Shown here in pieces: positions 28,001 through 43,000 of a stretch of DNA of 64,000 bases (position 1 is the first letter of the stretch; each line of letters begins with the position of its first letter). Both the position numbers and the translations under genes were made by a program. The DNA is from Eledone cirrhosa (Eukaryota). The stretch lies in assembly GCA_964016885.1 (NCBI GenBank), contig OZ024740.1, positions 137,330,001 to 137,394,000 of the forward strand. Direction: 5' to 3'. The notes beneath the pieces were generated by a model that saw only the letters and a list, made by a program, of their open reading frames with translations, had not been told where the DNA came from and did no database searches.

Positions 28001-31000
28001 TTCTCTCAATCTCCAATTCTCTCTTTCTCTTATCACTTTCCTCTCAATCTCCAATTCTCTCTTTCTCTTCTCACTTTTCCCCCAATCTCCAATTCTCTCT
28101 TTCTCTTATCACTTTTCTCTCAATCTCCAATTCTCTCTTTCTCTTATCACTTTTCTCTCAATCTCCAATTCTCCCTTTCTCTTATCACTTTTCTCTCAAT
28201 CTCCAACTCTCTCTTTCTCTTATCCCTTTTCTCTCAATCTCCAATTATCTCTTTCTCTTATCACTTTTCTCTCAATCTCCAATTCTCTCTTTCTCTTATC
28301 CATTTTCTCTCAATCTGCAATTCTCTCTTTCTTTTCTCACTTTTCCCCCAATCTCCAATTCTCTTTTTCTCTTTACACTTTTCCCCAACCAACAAATTCT
28401 CTCTTTCTCTTATCACTTTTCTCTCAATCTCCAATTCTCTCTTCCCTTCTCACTTTTCTCTCAATCTCCAATTCTCTCTTTCTCTTCTCACTTTTCTCTC
28501 AATCTCCAATCCTCTCTTTCTGTTCTCAGTTTTCCCCAAATCTCCAATTCTCTCTTTCTCTTATCACTTTTCTCTCAATCTCCCATTCTCTCTCTCTCTT
28601 ATCACTTTTCTCTCAATCTCCAATTCTCTCTTTCTCTTATCCATTTTCTCTCAATCTGCAATTCTCTCTTTCTTTTCTCACTTTTCCCCCAATCTCCAAT
28701 TCTCTCTTTCTCTTCACACTTTCCCCCCAATCTCCAATTCTCTCTTTCTCTTCACACTTTTCCCCCAATCTCCAATTCTCTCTTTCTCTTCTCAATTTTC
28801 TCTCAATCTCCAATTCTCTCTTTCTCTTATCACTTTTCTCTCAATCTCCAATTCTTTCTTTCTCTTATCACTTTTCTCTCAATCTCCAACTCTCTCTTTC
28901 TCTTATCCCTTTTCTCTCAATCTCCAAATCTCTCTTTCTCTTCACACTTTTCCCCCAATCTCCAATTCTCTCTTTCTCTTCACACTTTTCCCCCAATCTC
29001 CAATTCTCTCTTTCTCTTCTCACTTTTCTCTCAATCTCCAGTTCTCTCTTTCTCTTATCACTTTTCTCTCAATCTCCAATCCTCTCTTTCTCTTATCACT
29101 TTTCTCTCAATCACTTTTCTCTCCATCTCCAATTCTCTCTTTCTCTTATCACTTTTCTCTCAATCTCCAATTCTCTCTTTCTCTTATCACTTTTCTCTCA
29201 ATCTCCAATTCTCTCTTTCTCTCAATCACTTTTCTCTCCATCTCCAATTCTCTCTTTCTCTTATCACTTTTCTCTCAATCTCCAATTCTCTCTTTCTCTT
29301 ATCACTTTTCTCTCAATCTCCAATTCTCTCTTTCTCTTATCACTTTCCTCTCAATCTCCAATTCTCTCTTTCTCTTCTCACTTTTCCCCCAATCTCCAAT
29401 TCTCTCTTTCTCTTATCAATTTTCTCTCAATCTCCAATTCTCTCTTTCTCTTACCACTTTTCTCTCAATCTCCAATTCTCCCTTTCTCTTATCACTTTTC
29501 TCTCAATCTCCAACTCTCTCTTTCTCTTATCCCTTTTCTCTCAATCTCCAATTATCTCTTTCTCTTATCACTTTTCTCTCAATCTCCAATTCTCTCTTTC
29601 TCTTCTCATTTTCCCCCAATCTCCAATTCTCTTTTTCTCTTTACACTTTTCCCCAACCAACAAATTCTCTCTTTCTCTTATCACTTTTCTCTCAATCTCC
29701 AATTCTCTCTTCCCTTCTCACTTTTCTCTCAATCTCCAATTCTCTCTTTCTCTCATCACTTTTCTCTCAATCTCCAATCCTCTCTTTCTGTTCTCAGTTT
29801 TCCCCAAATCTCCAATTCTCTCTTTCTGTTATCACTTTTCTCTGAATCACCAATTCTCTCTTTCTCTTATCCATTTTCTCTCAATCTGCAATTCTCTCTT
29901 TCTTTTCTCACTTTTCCCCCAATCTCCAATTCTCTCTTTCTCTTCACACTTTTCTCTCAATCTCCATTTCTCTCTTTCTCTTATCACTTTTCTCTCAATC
30001 TCCAATTCTCTCTTTCTCTTATCACTTTCCTCTCAATCTCCAATTCTCTCTTTCTCTTCTCACTTTTCCCCCAATCTCCAATTCTCTCTTTCCCTTATCA
30101 CTTTTCTCTCAATCTCCAATTCTCTCTTTCTCTTATCACTTTTCTCTCAATCTCCAATTCTCTCTTTCTCTTATCACTTTTCTCTCAATCTCCAACTCTC
30201 TCTTTCTCTTATCACTTTTCTCTCAATCTCCAATTCTCTCTTTCTCTTATCACTTTTCTCTCAATCTCCAATTCTCTCTTTCTCTTATCACTTTTCTCTC
30301 AATCTCCAATTCTCTCTTTCTCTTATCACTTTTCTCTCAATCTCCAATTCTCTCTTTCTCTTATCACTTTTCTCTCAATCTCTAATTCTCTCTTTCTCTT
30401 ATCACTTTTCTCTCAATCTCCAATTCTCTCTTTCTCTTATCACTTTTCTCTCAATCAACAATTTTCTCTTTCTCTTATCACTTTTCCGCCAATCTCCAAT
30501 TCTCTCTTTTTCTTATCACTTTTCTCTCAATCTGCAATTCTCTCTTTCTCTTATTACTTTTCTCTCAATCTCCAATTCTCTCTTTCTCTTCTCACTTTTC
30601 CCCTAATCTCCAATTCTCTCTTTCTCTTATCACTTTTCTCTCAATCTCCAATCCTCTCTTTCTGTTCTCAGTTTTCCCCAAATCTCCAATTCTCTCTCTC
30701 TTATCACTTTTCTCTCAATCTCCAATTCTCTCTTTCTCTTATCCATTTTCTCTCAATCTGCAATTCTCTCTTTCTTTTCTCACTTTTCTCTCAATCTCCA
30801 ATTCTCTCTTTCTCTTATCAGTTTTCTCTCAATCTGCAATTCTCTCTTTCTCTTATCACTTTTCTCTCAATCTCCAATTCTCTCTTTCTGTTCTCAGTTT
30901 TCCCCCAATCTCCAATTCTCTATTTCTCTTAGCACTTTTCTCTCAATCCCCCATTCTCTCCCTCTCTTATCACTTTTCTCTCAATCTCCAATTCTCTCTT

Positions 31001-31087
31001 TCTCTTATCACTTTTCTCTCAATCTCCAATTCTCTCTTTCTCTTATCACTTTTCTCTCAATCTCCAATTCTCTCTTTCTCTTATCAG

Positions 31088-34000
31088 TTTTCTCTCAATC
31101 TGCAATTCTCTCTTTCTCTTATCACTTTTCTCTCAATCTCCAATTCTCTCTTTCTCTTCTCACTTTTCCAGTAATCTCCTAATCTCTCTTTCTCTTATCA
31201 CTTTTCTCTCAATCTCCAATTCTCTCTTTCTCTTATCAGTTTTCTCTCAATCTGCAATTCTCTCTTTCTCTTCACACTTTTCCCCCAATCTCCAATTCTC
31301 TCATTCTCTTCACACTTTTCCCCCAATCTCCAATTCTCTCTTTCTCTTCTCACTTTTCTCTCAATCTCCAATCCTCTCTTTCTGTTCTCAGTTTTCCCCC
31401 AATCTCCAATTCTCTATTTCTCTTAGCACTTTTCTCTCAATCCCCCATTCTCTCTCTCTCTTATCACTTTTCTCTCAATCTCCAATTCTCTCTTTCTCTT
31501 CTCACTTTTCTCTCAATCTCCAATTCTCTCTTTCTCTTATCACTTTTCTCTCAATCTCCAATTCTCTCTTTCTCTCATCACTTTTCTCTCAATCTCCAAT
31601 TCTCTCTTTCTCTTATCAGTTTTCACTCAATCTGCAATTCTCTCTTTCTCTTATCACTTTTCTCTCAATCTCCAATTCTCTCTTTCTCTTCTCACTTTTG
31701 CCCTAATCTCCAATTCTCTCTTTCTCTTATCACTTTTCTCTCAATCTCCAATTCTCTCTTTCTCTTATCACTTTTCTCTCAATCTCAATTCTCTCTTTCT
31801 CTTATCACTTTTCTCTCAATCTCCAATTCTCTCTTTCTCTTATCCATTTTCTCTCAATCTGCAATTCTCTCTTTCTTTTCTCACTTTTCCCCCAATCTCC
31901 AATTCTCTCTTTCTCTTCACACTTTCCCCCCAATCTCCAATTCTCTCTTTCTCTTCACACTTTTCCACCAATCTCCAATTCTCTCTTTCTCTTCTCACTT
32001 TTCTCTCAATCTCCAATTCTCTCTTTCTCTTATCACTTTTCTCTCAATCTCCAATTCTTTCTTTCTCTTATCACTTTTCTCTCAATCTCCAACTCTCTCT
32101 TTCTCTTATCCCTTTTCTCTCAATCTCCAAATCTCTCTTTCTCTTCTCACTTTTCTCTCAATCTCCAATCCTCTCTTTCTGTTCTCAGTTTTCCCCCAAT
32201 CTCCAATTCTCTATTTCTCTTAGCACTTTTCTCTCAATCCCCCATTCTCTCTCTCTCTTATCACTTTTCTCTCAATCTCCAATTCTCTCTTTCTCTTATC
32301 ACTTTTCTCTCAAACTCCAATTCTCTCTTTCTCTCATCACATTTCTCTCAATCTCCAATTCTCTCTTTCTCTTATCAGTTTTCTCTCAATCTCCAATTCT
32401 CTCTTTCTCTTCTCACTTTTCCCCCAATCTCCAATTCTCTCTTTCTCTTATCACTTTTCTCTCAATCTCCAATTATCTCTTTCTCTTATCACTTTTCTCT
32501 CAATCTCCAATTCTCTCTTTCTCTTATCACTTTTCTCTCAATCTCCAACTCTCTCTTTCTCTTATCCCTTTTCTCTCAATCTCCAATTATCTCTTTCTCT
32601 TATCACTTTTCTCTCAATCTCCAATTCTCTCTTTCTCTTCTCATTTTCCCCCAATCTCCAATTCTCTTTTTCTCTTTACACTTTTCCCCAACCTCCAATT
32701 CTCTCTTTCTCTTATCTTTTTTCTCTCAATCTCCAATTCTCTCTTTCCCTTCTCACTTTTCTCTCAATCTCCAATTCTCTCTTTCTCTTCTCACTTTTCT
32801 CTCAATCTCCAATCCTCTCTTTCTGTGCTCAGTTTTCCCCAAATCTCCAATTCTCTCTTTCTCTTATCACTTTTCTCTCAATCTCCCATTCTCTCTCTCT
32901 CTTATCACTTTTCTCTCAATCTCCAATTCTCTCTTTCTCTGATCCATTTTCTCTCAATCTGCAATTCTCTCTTTCTTTTCTCACTTTTCCCCCAATCTCC
33001 AATTCTCTCTTTCTCTTCACACTTTTCCCCCAATCTCCAATTCTCTCATTCTCTTCTCACTTTTTCTCAATCTCCAATCCTCTCTTTCTGTTCTCAGTTT
33101 TCCCCCAATCTCCAATTCTCTATTTCTCTTAGCACTTTTCTCTCAATCCCCCATTCTCTCCCTCTCTTATCACTTTTCTCTCAATCTCCAATTCTCTCTT
33201 TCTCTTATCACTTTTCTCTCAATCTCCAATTCTCTCTTTCTCTTATCAGTTTTCTCTCAATCTGCAATTCTCTCTTTCTCTTATCACTTTTCTCTCAATC
33301 TCCAATTCTCTCTTTCTCTTCTCACTTTTCCCCTAATCTCCAATTCTCTCTTTCTCTTATCACTTTTCTCTCAATCTCCAATTCTCTCTTTCTCTTATCA
33401 CTTTTCTCTCAATCTCCAATTCTCTATTTCTCTCATCCATTTTCTCTCAATCTGCAATTCTCTCTTTCTTTTCTCACTTTTCCCCCAATCTCCAATTCTC
33501 TCTTTCTCTTCACACTTTTCCCCCAATCTCCAATTATCTCATTCTCTTCACACTTTTCCCCCAATCTCCAATTCTCTCTTTCTCTTCTCACTTTTCTCTC
33601 AATCTCCAATCCTCTCTTTCTGTTCTCAGTTTTCCCCCAATCTCCAATTCTCTATTTCTCTTAGCACTTTTCTCTCAATCCCCCATTCTCTCTCTCTCTT
33701 ATCACTTTTCTCTAAATCTCCAATTCTCTCTTTCTCTTCTCACTTTTCTCTCAATCTCCAATTCTCTCTTTCTCTTATCACTTTTCTCTCAATCTCCAAT
33801 TCTCTCTTTCTCTTATCACTTTTCTCTCAATCTCCAATTCTCTCTTTCTCTTATCAGTTTTCTCTCAATCTGCAATTCTCTCTTTCTCTTATCACTTTTC
33901 TCTCAATCTCCAATTCTCTCTTTCTCTTCTCACTTTTCCCCTAATCTCCAATTCTCTCTTTCTCTTATCACTTTTCTCTCAATCTCCATTTCTCTCTTTC

Positions 34001-37000
34001 TCTTATCACTTTTCTCTCAATCTCAATTCTCTCTTTCTCTTATCACTTTTCTCTCAATCTCCAATTCTCTCTTTCTCTTATCCATTTTCTCTCAATCTGC
34101 AATTCTCTCTTTCTTTTCTCACTTTTCCCCCAATCTCCAATTCTCTCTTTCTCTTCACACTTTTCCCCCAATCTCCAATTCTCTCTTTCTCTTCACACTT
34201 ATCCCCCAATCTCCAATTCTCTCTTTCTCTTCTCACTTTTCTCTCAATCTCCAATTCTCTCTTTCTCTTATCACTTTTCTCTCAATCTCCAATTTTTCTG
34301 TCTCTTATCACTTTTCTCTCAATCTCCAACTCTCTCTTTCTCTTATCCCTTTTCTCTCAATCTCCAATTCTCTCTTTCTCTTCTCACTTTTCTCTCAATC
34401 TCCAATCCTCTCTTTCTGTTCTCAGTTTTCCCCCAATCTCCAATTCTCTATTTCTCTTAGCACTTTTCTCTCAATCCCCCATTCTCTCTCTCTCTTATCA
34501 CTTTTCTCTCAATCTCCAATTCTCTCTTTCTCTTATCACTTTTCTCTCAAACTACAATTCTCTCTTTCTCTCATCACATTTCTCGCAATCTCCAATTCTC
34601 TCTTTCTCTTATCAGTTTTCTCTCAATCTGCAATTCTCTCTTTCTCTTATCACTTTTCTCTCAATCTCCAATTCTCTCTTTCTCCTCTCACTTTTCCCCT
34701 AATCTCCAATTCTCTCTTTCTCTTATCACTTTTCTCTCAATCTCCAATTCTCTCTTTCTCTTATCACTTTTCTCTCAATCTCAATTCTCTCTTTCTCTTA
34801 TCACTTTTCTCTCAATCTCCAATTCTCTCTTTCTCTTATCCATTTTCTCTCAATCTGCAATTCTCTCTTTCTTTTCTCACTTTTCCCCCAATCTCCAATT
34901 CTCTCTTTCTCTTCACACTTTCCCCCCAATCTCCAATTCTCTCTTTCTCTTCACACTTTTCCCCTAATCTCCAATTCTCTCTTTCTCTTCTCACTTTTCT
35001 CTCAATCTCCAATTCTCTCTTTCTCTCATCAGTTTTCTCTCAATCTCCAATTCTTTCTTTCTCTTATCACTTTTCTCTCAATCTCCAACTCTCTCTTTCT
35101 CTTATCCCTTTTCTCTCAATCTCCAAATCTCTCTTTCTCTTCTCACTTTTCTCTCAATCTCCAATCCTCTCTTTCTGTTCTCAGTTTTCCCCCAATCTCC
35201 AATTCTCTCTTTCTCTTCTCACTTTTCTCTCAATCTCCAATTCTCTCTTTCTCTTATCACTTTTCTCTCAATCTCCAATTCTCTCTTTCTCTTATCACTT
35301 TTCTCTCAATCTCCAATTCTCTCTTTCTCTTATCAGTTTTCTCTCAATCTGCAATTCTCTCTTTCTCTTATCACTTTTCTCTCAATCTCCAATTCTCTCT
35401 TTCTCTTCTCACTTTTCCCCTAATCTCCAATTCTCTCTTTCTCTTATCACTTTTCTCTCAATCTCCATTTCTCTCTTTCTCTTATCACTTTTCTCTCAAT
35501 CTCAATTCTCTCTTTCTCTTATCACTTTTCTCTCAATCTCCAATTCTCTCTTTCTCTTATCCATTTTCTCTCAATCTGCAATTCTCTCTTTCTTTTCTCA
35601 CTTTTCCCCCAATCTCCAATTCTCTCTTTCTCTTCACACTTTTCCCCCAATCTCCAATTCTCTCTTTCTCTTCACACTTATCCCCCAATCTCCAATTCTC
35701 TCTTTCTCTTCTCACTTTTCTCTCAATCTCCAATTCTCTCTTTCTCTTATCACTTTTCTCTCAATCTCCAATTTTTCTGTCTCTTATCACTTTTCTCTCA
35801 ATCTCCAACTCTCTCTTTCTCTTATCCCTTTTCTCTCAATCTCCAATTCTCTCTTTCTCTTCTCACTTTTCTCTCAATCTCCAATCCTCTCTTTCTGTTC
35901 TCAGTTTTCCCCCAATCTCCAATTCTCTATTTCTCTTAGCACTTTTCTCTCAATCCCCCATTCTCTCTCTCTCTTATCACTTTTCTCTCAATCTCCAATT
36001 CTCTCTTTCTCTTATCACTTTTCTCTCAAACTACAATTCTCTCTTTCTCTCATCACATTTCTCGCAATCTCCAATTCTCTCTTTCTCTTATCAGTTTTCT
36101 CTCAATCTGCAATTCTCTCTTTCTCTTATCACTTTTCTCTCAATCTCCAATTCTCTCTTTCTCCTCTCACTTTTCCCCTAATCTCCAATTCTCTCTTTCT
36201 CTTATCACTTTTCTCTCAATCTCCAATTCTCTCTTTCTCTTATCAGTTTTCTCTCAATCTCCAATTCTTTCTTTCTCTTATCACTTTTCTCTCAATCTCC
36301 AACTCTCTCTTTCTCTTATCCCTTTTCTCTCAATCTCCAAATCTCTCTTTCTCTTCTCACTTTTCTCTCAATCTCCAATCCTCTCTTTCTGTTCTCAGTT
36401 TTCCCCCAATCTCCAATTCTCTCTTTCTCTTCTCACTTTTCTCTCAATCTCCAATTCTCTCTTTCTCTTATCACTTTTCTCTCAATCTCCAATTCTCTCT
36501 TTCTCTTATCACTTTTCTCTCAATCTCCAATTCTCTCTTTCTCTTATCAGTTTTCTCTCAATCTGCAATTCTCTCTTTCTCTTATCACTTTTCTCTCAAT
36601 CTCCAATTCTCTCTTTCTCTTCTCACTTTTCCCCTAATCTCCAATTCTCTCTTTCTCTTATCACTTTTCTCTCAATCTCCATTTCTCTCTTTCTCTTATC
36701 ACTTTTCTCTCAATCTCCAATTCTCTCTTTCTCTTATCAGTTTTCTCTCAATCTGCAATTCTCTCTTTCTCTTATCACTTTTCTCTCAATCTCCAATTCT
36801 CTCTTTCTCTTCTCACTTTTCCCCTAATCTCCAATTCTCTCTTTCTCTTATCACTTTTCTCTCAATCTCCATTTCTCTCTTTCTCTTATCACTTTTCTCT
36901 CAATCTCAATTCTCTCTTTCTCTTATCACTTTTCTCTCAATCTCCAATTCTCTCTTTCTCTTATCCATTTTCTCTCAATCTGCAATTCTCTCTTTCTTTT

Positions 37001-40000
37001 CTCACTTTTCCCCCAATCTCCAATTCTCTCTTTCTCTTCACACTTTTCCCCCAATCTCCAATTCTCTCTTTCTCTTCACACTTATCCCCCAATCTCCAAT
37101 TCTCTCTTTCTCTTCTCACTTTTCTCTCAATCTCCAATTCTCTCTTTCTCTTATCACTTTTCTCTCAATCTCCAATTTTTCTGTCTCTTATCACTTTTCT
37201 CTCAATCTCCAACTCTCTCTTTCTCTTATCCCTTTTCTCTCAATCTCCAATTCTCTCTTTCTCTTCTCACTTTTCTCTCAATCTCCAATCCTCTCTTTCT
37301 GTTCTCAGTTTTCCCCCAATCTCCAATTCTCTATTTCTCTTAGCACTTTTCTCTCAATCCCCCATTCTCTCTCTCTCTTATCACTTTTCTCTCAATCTCC
37401 AATTCTCTCTTTCTCTTATCACTTTTCTCTCAAACTACAATTCTCTCTTTCTCTCATCACATTTCTCGCTATCTCCAATTCTCTCTTTCTCTTATCAGTT
37501 TTCTCTCAATCTGCAATTCTCTCTTTCTCTTATCACTTTTCTCTCAATCTCCAATTCTCTCTTTCTCCTCTCACTTTTCCCCTAATCTCCAATTCTCTCT
37601 TTCTCTTATCACTTTTCTCTCAATCTCCAATTCTCTCTTTCTCTTATCACTTTTCTCTCAATCTCAATTCTCTCTTTCTCTTATCACTTTTCTCTCAATC
37701 TCCAATTCTCTCTTTCTCTTATCCATTTTCTCTCAATCTGCAATTCTCTCTTTCTTTTCTCACTTTTCCCCCAATCTCCAATTCTCTCTTTCTCTTCACA
37801 CTTTCCCCCCAATCTCCAATTCTCTCTTTCTCTTCACACTTTTCCCCTAATCTCCAATTCTCTCTTTCTCTTCTCACTTTTCTCTCAATCTCCAATTCTC
37901 TCTTTCTCTTATCAGTTTTCTCTCAATCTCCAATTCTTTCTTTCTCTTATCACTTTTCTCTCAATCTCCAACTCTCTCTTTCTCTTATCCCTTTTCTCTC
38001 AATCTCCAAATCTCTCTTTCTCTTCTCACTTTTCTCTCAATCTCCAATCCTCTCTTTCTGTTCTCAGTTTTCCCCCAATCTCCAATTCTCTCTTTCTCTT
38101 CTCACTTTTCTCTCAATCTCCAATTCTCTCTTTCTCTTATCACTTTTCTCTCAATCTCCAATTCTCTCTTTCTCTTATCACATTTCTCTCAATCTCCAAT
38201 TCTCTCTTTCTCTTATCAGTTTCTCTCTCAATCTGCAATTCTCTCTTCTCTTATCACTTTTCTCTCAATCTCCAATTCTCTCTTTCTCTTCTCACTTTTC
38301 CCCTAATCTCCAATTCTCTCTTTCTCTTATCACTTTTCTCTCAATCTCCATTTCTCTCTTTCTCTTATCACTTTTCTCTCAATCTCAATTCTCTCTTTCT
38401 CTTATCACTTTTCTCTCAATCTCCAATTCTCTCTTTCTCTTATCCATTTTCTCTCAATCTGCAATTCTCTCTTTCTTTTCTCACTTTTCCCCCAATCTCC
38501 AATTCTCTCTTTCTCTTCACACTTTTCCCCCAATCTCCAATTCTCTCTTTCTCTTCACACTTATCCCCCAATCTCCAATTCTCTCTTTCTCTTCTCACTT
38601 TTCTCTCAATCTCCAATTCTCTCTTTCTCTTATCACTTTTCTCTCAATCTCCAATTTTTCTGTCTCTTATCACTTTTCTCTCAATCTCCAACTCTCTCTT
38701 TCTCTTATCCCTTTTCTCTCAATCTCCAATTCTCTCTTTCTCTTCTCACTTTTCTCTCAATCTCCAATCCTCTCTTTCTGTTCTCAGTTTTCCCCCAATC
38801 TCCAATTCTCTATTTCTCTTAGCACTTTTCTCTCAATCCCCCATTCTCTCTCTCTCTTATCACTTTTCTCTCAATCTCCAATTCTCTCTTTCTCTTATCA
38901 CTTTTCTCTCAAACTACAATTCTCTCTTTCTCTCATCACATTTCTCGCAATCTCCAATTCTCTCTTTCTCTTATCAGTTTTCTCTCAATCTGCAATTCTC
39001 TCTTTCTCTTATCACTTTTCTCTCAATCTCCAATTCTCTCTTTCTCCTCTCACTTTTCCCCTAATCTCCAATTCTCTCTTTCTCTTATCACTTTTCTCTC
39101 AATCTCCAATTCTCTCTTTCTCTTATCACTTTTCTCTCAATCTCAATTCTCTCTTTCTCTTATCACTTTTCTCTCAATCTCCAATTCTCTCTTTCTCTTA
39201 TCCATTTTCTCTCAATCTGCAATTCTCTCTTTCTTTTCTCACTTTTCCCCCAATCTCCAATTCTCTCTTTCTCTTCACACTGTCCCCCCAATCTCCAATT
39301 CTCTCTTTCTCTTCACACTTTTCCCCTAATCTCCAATTCTCTCTTTCTCTTCTCACTTTTCTCTCAATCTCCAATTCTCTCTTTCTCTTATCAGTTTTCT
39401 CTCAATCTCCAATTCTTTCTTTCTCTTATCACTTTTCTCTCAATCTCCAACTCTCTCTTTCTCTTATCCCTTTTCTCTCAATCTCCAAATCTCTCTTTCT
39501 CTTCTCACTTTTCTCTCAATCTCCAATCCTCTCTTTCTGTTCTCAGTTTTCCCCCAATCTCCAATTCTCTCTTTCTCTTCTCACTTTTCTCTCAATCTCC
39601 AATTCTCTCTTTCTCTTATCACTTTTCTCTCAATCTCCAATTCTCTCTTTCTCTTATCACTTTTCTCTCAATCTCCAATTCTCTCTTTCTCTTATCAGTT
39701 TTCTCTCAATCTGCAATTCTCTCTTTCTCTTATCACTTTTCTCTCAATCTCCAATTCTCTCTTTCTCTTCTCACTTTTCCCCTAATCTCCAATTCTCTCT
39801 TTCTCTTATCACTTTTCTCTCAATCTCCATTTCTCTCTTTCTCTTATCACTTTTCTCTCAATCTCAATTCTCTCTTTCTCTTATCACTTTTCTCTCAATC
39901 TCCAATTCTCTCTTTCTCTTATCCATTTTCTCTCAATCTGCAATTCTCTCTTTCTTTTCTCACTTTTCCCCCAATCTCCAATTCTCTCTTTCTCTTCACA

Positions 40001-43000
40001 CTTTTCCCCCAATCTCCAATTCTCTCTTTCTCTTCACACTTATCCCCCAATCTCCAATTCTCTCGTTCTCTTCTCACTTTTCTCTCAATCTCCAATTCTC
40101 TCTTTCTCTTATCCCTTTTCTCTCAATCTCCAATTCTCTCTTTCTCTTCTCACTTTTCTCTCAATCTCCAATCCTCTCTTTCTGTTCTCAGTTTTCCCCC
40201 AATCTCCAATTCTCTATTTCTCTTAGCACTTTTCTCTCAATCCCCCATTCTCTCTCTCTCTTATCACTTTTCTCTCAATCTCCAATTCTCTCTTTCTCTT
40301 ATCACTTTTCTCTCAAACTACAATTCTCTCTTTCTCTCATCACATTTCTCGCAATCTCCAATTCTCTATTTCTCTTATCAGTTTTCTCTCAATCTGCAAT
40401 TCTCTCTTTCTCTTATCACTTTTCTCTCAATCTCCAATTCTCTCTTTCTCCTCTCACTTTTCCCCTAATGTCCAATTCTCTCTTTCTCTTATCACTTTTC
40501 TCTCAATCTCCAATTCTCTCTTTCTCTTATCACTTTTCTCTCAATCTCAATTCTCTCTTTCTCTTATCACTTTTCTCTCAATCTCCAATTCTCTCTTTCT
40601 CTTATCCATTTTCTCTCAATCTGCAATTCTCTCTTTCTTTTCTCACTTTTCCCCCAATCTCCAATTCTCTCTTTCTCTTCACACTTTCCCCCCAATCTCC
40701 AATTCTCTCTTTCTCTTCACACTTTTCCCCTAATCTCCAATTCTCTCTTTCTCTTATCACTTTTCTCTCAATCTCCAATTCTCTCTTTCTCTTATCACTT
40801 TTCCCCCAATCTCCAATTCTCTCTTTCTCTTATCACTTTTCTCTCAATCTGCAATTCTCTCTTTCTCTTATCACTTTTCTCTCAATCTCCAATTCTCTCT
40901 TTCTCTTCTCACTTTTCCAGTAATCTCCTAATCTCTCTTTCTCTTATCACTTTTCTCTCAATCTCCAATTCTCTCTTTCTCTTATCAGTTTTCTCTCAAT
41001 CTGCAATTCTCTCTTTCTCTTCACACTTTTCCCCCAATCTCCAATTCTCTCATTCTCTTCACACTTTTCCCCCAATCTCCAATTCTCTCTTTCTCTTCTC
41101 ACTTTTCTCTCAATCTCCAATCCTCTCTTTCTGTTCTCAGTTTTCCCCCAATCTCCAATTCTCTATTTCTCTTAGCACTTTTCTCTCAATCCCCCATTCT
41201 CTCTCTCTCTTATCACTTTTCTCTCAATCTCCAATTCTCTCTTTCTCTTCTCACTTTTCTCTCAATCTCCAATTCTCTCTTTCTCTTATCACTTTTCTCT
41301 CAATCTCCAATTCTCTCTTTCTCTCATCACTTTTCTCTCAATCTCCAATTCTCTCTTTCTCTTATCAGTTTTCACTCAATCTGCAATTCTCTCTTTCTCT
41401 TATCACTTTTCTCTCAATCTCCAATTCTCTCTTTCTCTTCTCACTTTTCCCCTAATCTCCAATTCTCTCTTTCTCTTATCACTTTTCTCTCAATCTCCAA
41501 TTCTCTCTTTCTCTTATCACTTTTCTCTCAATCTCAATTCTCTCTTTCTCTTATCACTTTTCTCTCAATCTCCAATTCTCTCTTTCTCTTATCCATTTTC
41601 TCTCAATCTGCAATTCTCTCTTTCTTTTCTCACTTTTCCCCCAATCTCCAATTCTCTCTTTCTCTTCACACTTTCCCCCCAATCTCCAATTCTCTCTTTC
41701 TCTTCACACTTTTCCACCAATCTCCAATTCTCTCTTTCTCTTCTCACTTTTCTCTCAATCTCCAATTCTCTCTTTCTCTTATCACTTTTCTCTCAATCTC
41801 CAATTCTTTCTTTCTCTTATCACTTTTCTCTCAATCTCCAACTCTCTCTTTCTCTTATCCCTTTTCTCTCAATCTCCAAATCTCTCTTTCTCTTCTCACT
41901 TTTCTCTCAATCTCCAATCCTCTCTTTCTGTTCTCAGTTTTCCCCCAATCTCCAATTCTCTATTTCTCTTAGCACTTTTCTCTCAATCCCCCATTCTCTC
42001 TCTCTCTTATCACTTTTCTCTCAATCTCCAATTCTCTCTTTCTCTTATCACTTTTCTCTCAAACTCCAATTCTCTCTTTCTCTCATCACATTTCTCTCAA
42101 TCTCCAATTCTCTCTTTCTCTTATCAGTTTTCTCTCAATCTCCAATTCTCTCTTTCTCTTCTCACTTTTCCCCCAATCTCCAATTCTCTCTTTCTCTTAT
42201 CACTTTTCTCTCAATCTCCAATTATCTCTTTCACTTATCACTTTTCTCTCAATCTCCAATTCTCTCTTTCTCTTATCACTTTTCTCTCAATCTCCAACTC
42301 TCTCTTTCTCTTATCCCTTTTCTCTCAATCTCCAATTATCTCTTTCTCTTATCACTTTTCTCTCAATCTCCAATTCTCTCTTTCTCTTCTCATTTTCCCC
42401 CAATCTCCAATTCTCTTTTTCTCTTTACACTTTTCCCCAACCTCCAATTCTCTCTTTCTCTTATCTTTTTTCTCTCAATCTCCAATTCTCTCTTTCCCTT
42501 CTCACTTTTCTCTCAATCTCCAATTCTCTCTTTCTCTTCTCACTTTTCTCTCAATCTCCAATCCTCTCTTTCTGTGCTCAGTTTTCCCCAAATCTCCAAT
42601 TCTCTCTTTCTCTTATCACTTTTCTCTCAATCTCCCATTCTCTCTCTCTCTTATCACTTTTCTCTCAATCTCCAATTCTCTCTTTCTCTGATCCATTTTC
42701 TCTCAATCTGCAATTCTCTCTTTCTTTTCTCACTTTTCCCCCAATCTCCAATTCTCTCTTTCTCTTCACACTTTTCCCCCAATCTCCAATTCTCTCATTC
42801 TCTTCTCACTTTTTCTCAATCTCCAATCCTCTCTTTCTGTTCTCAGTTTTCCCCCAATCTCCAATTCTCTATTTCTCTTAGCACTTTTCTCTCAATCCCC
42901 CATTCTCTCCCTCTCTTATCACTTTTCTCTCAATCTCCAATTCTCTCTTTCTCTTATCACTTTTCTCTCAATCTCCAATTCTCTCTTTCTCTTATCAGTT

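Noticed and set aside
32825-33664. 279-aa ORF and its identical copy at 42574-43413 as duplicated genes
   Set aside because: The GTG start comes from a variant (CTGTGCTC). The identity simply reflects the 9749-bp duplication.
40468-40923. 151-aa ORF
   Set aside because: The ATG is a singleton variant absent from the paralogous position near 50217, and the product is the same repeat peptide.
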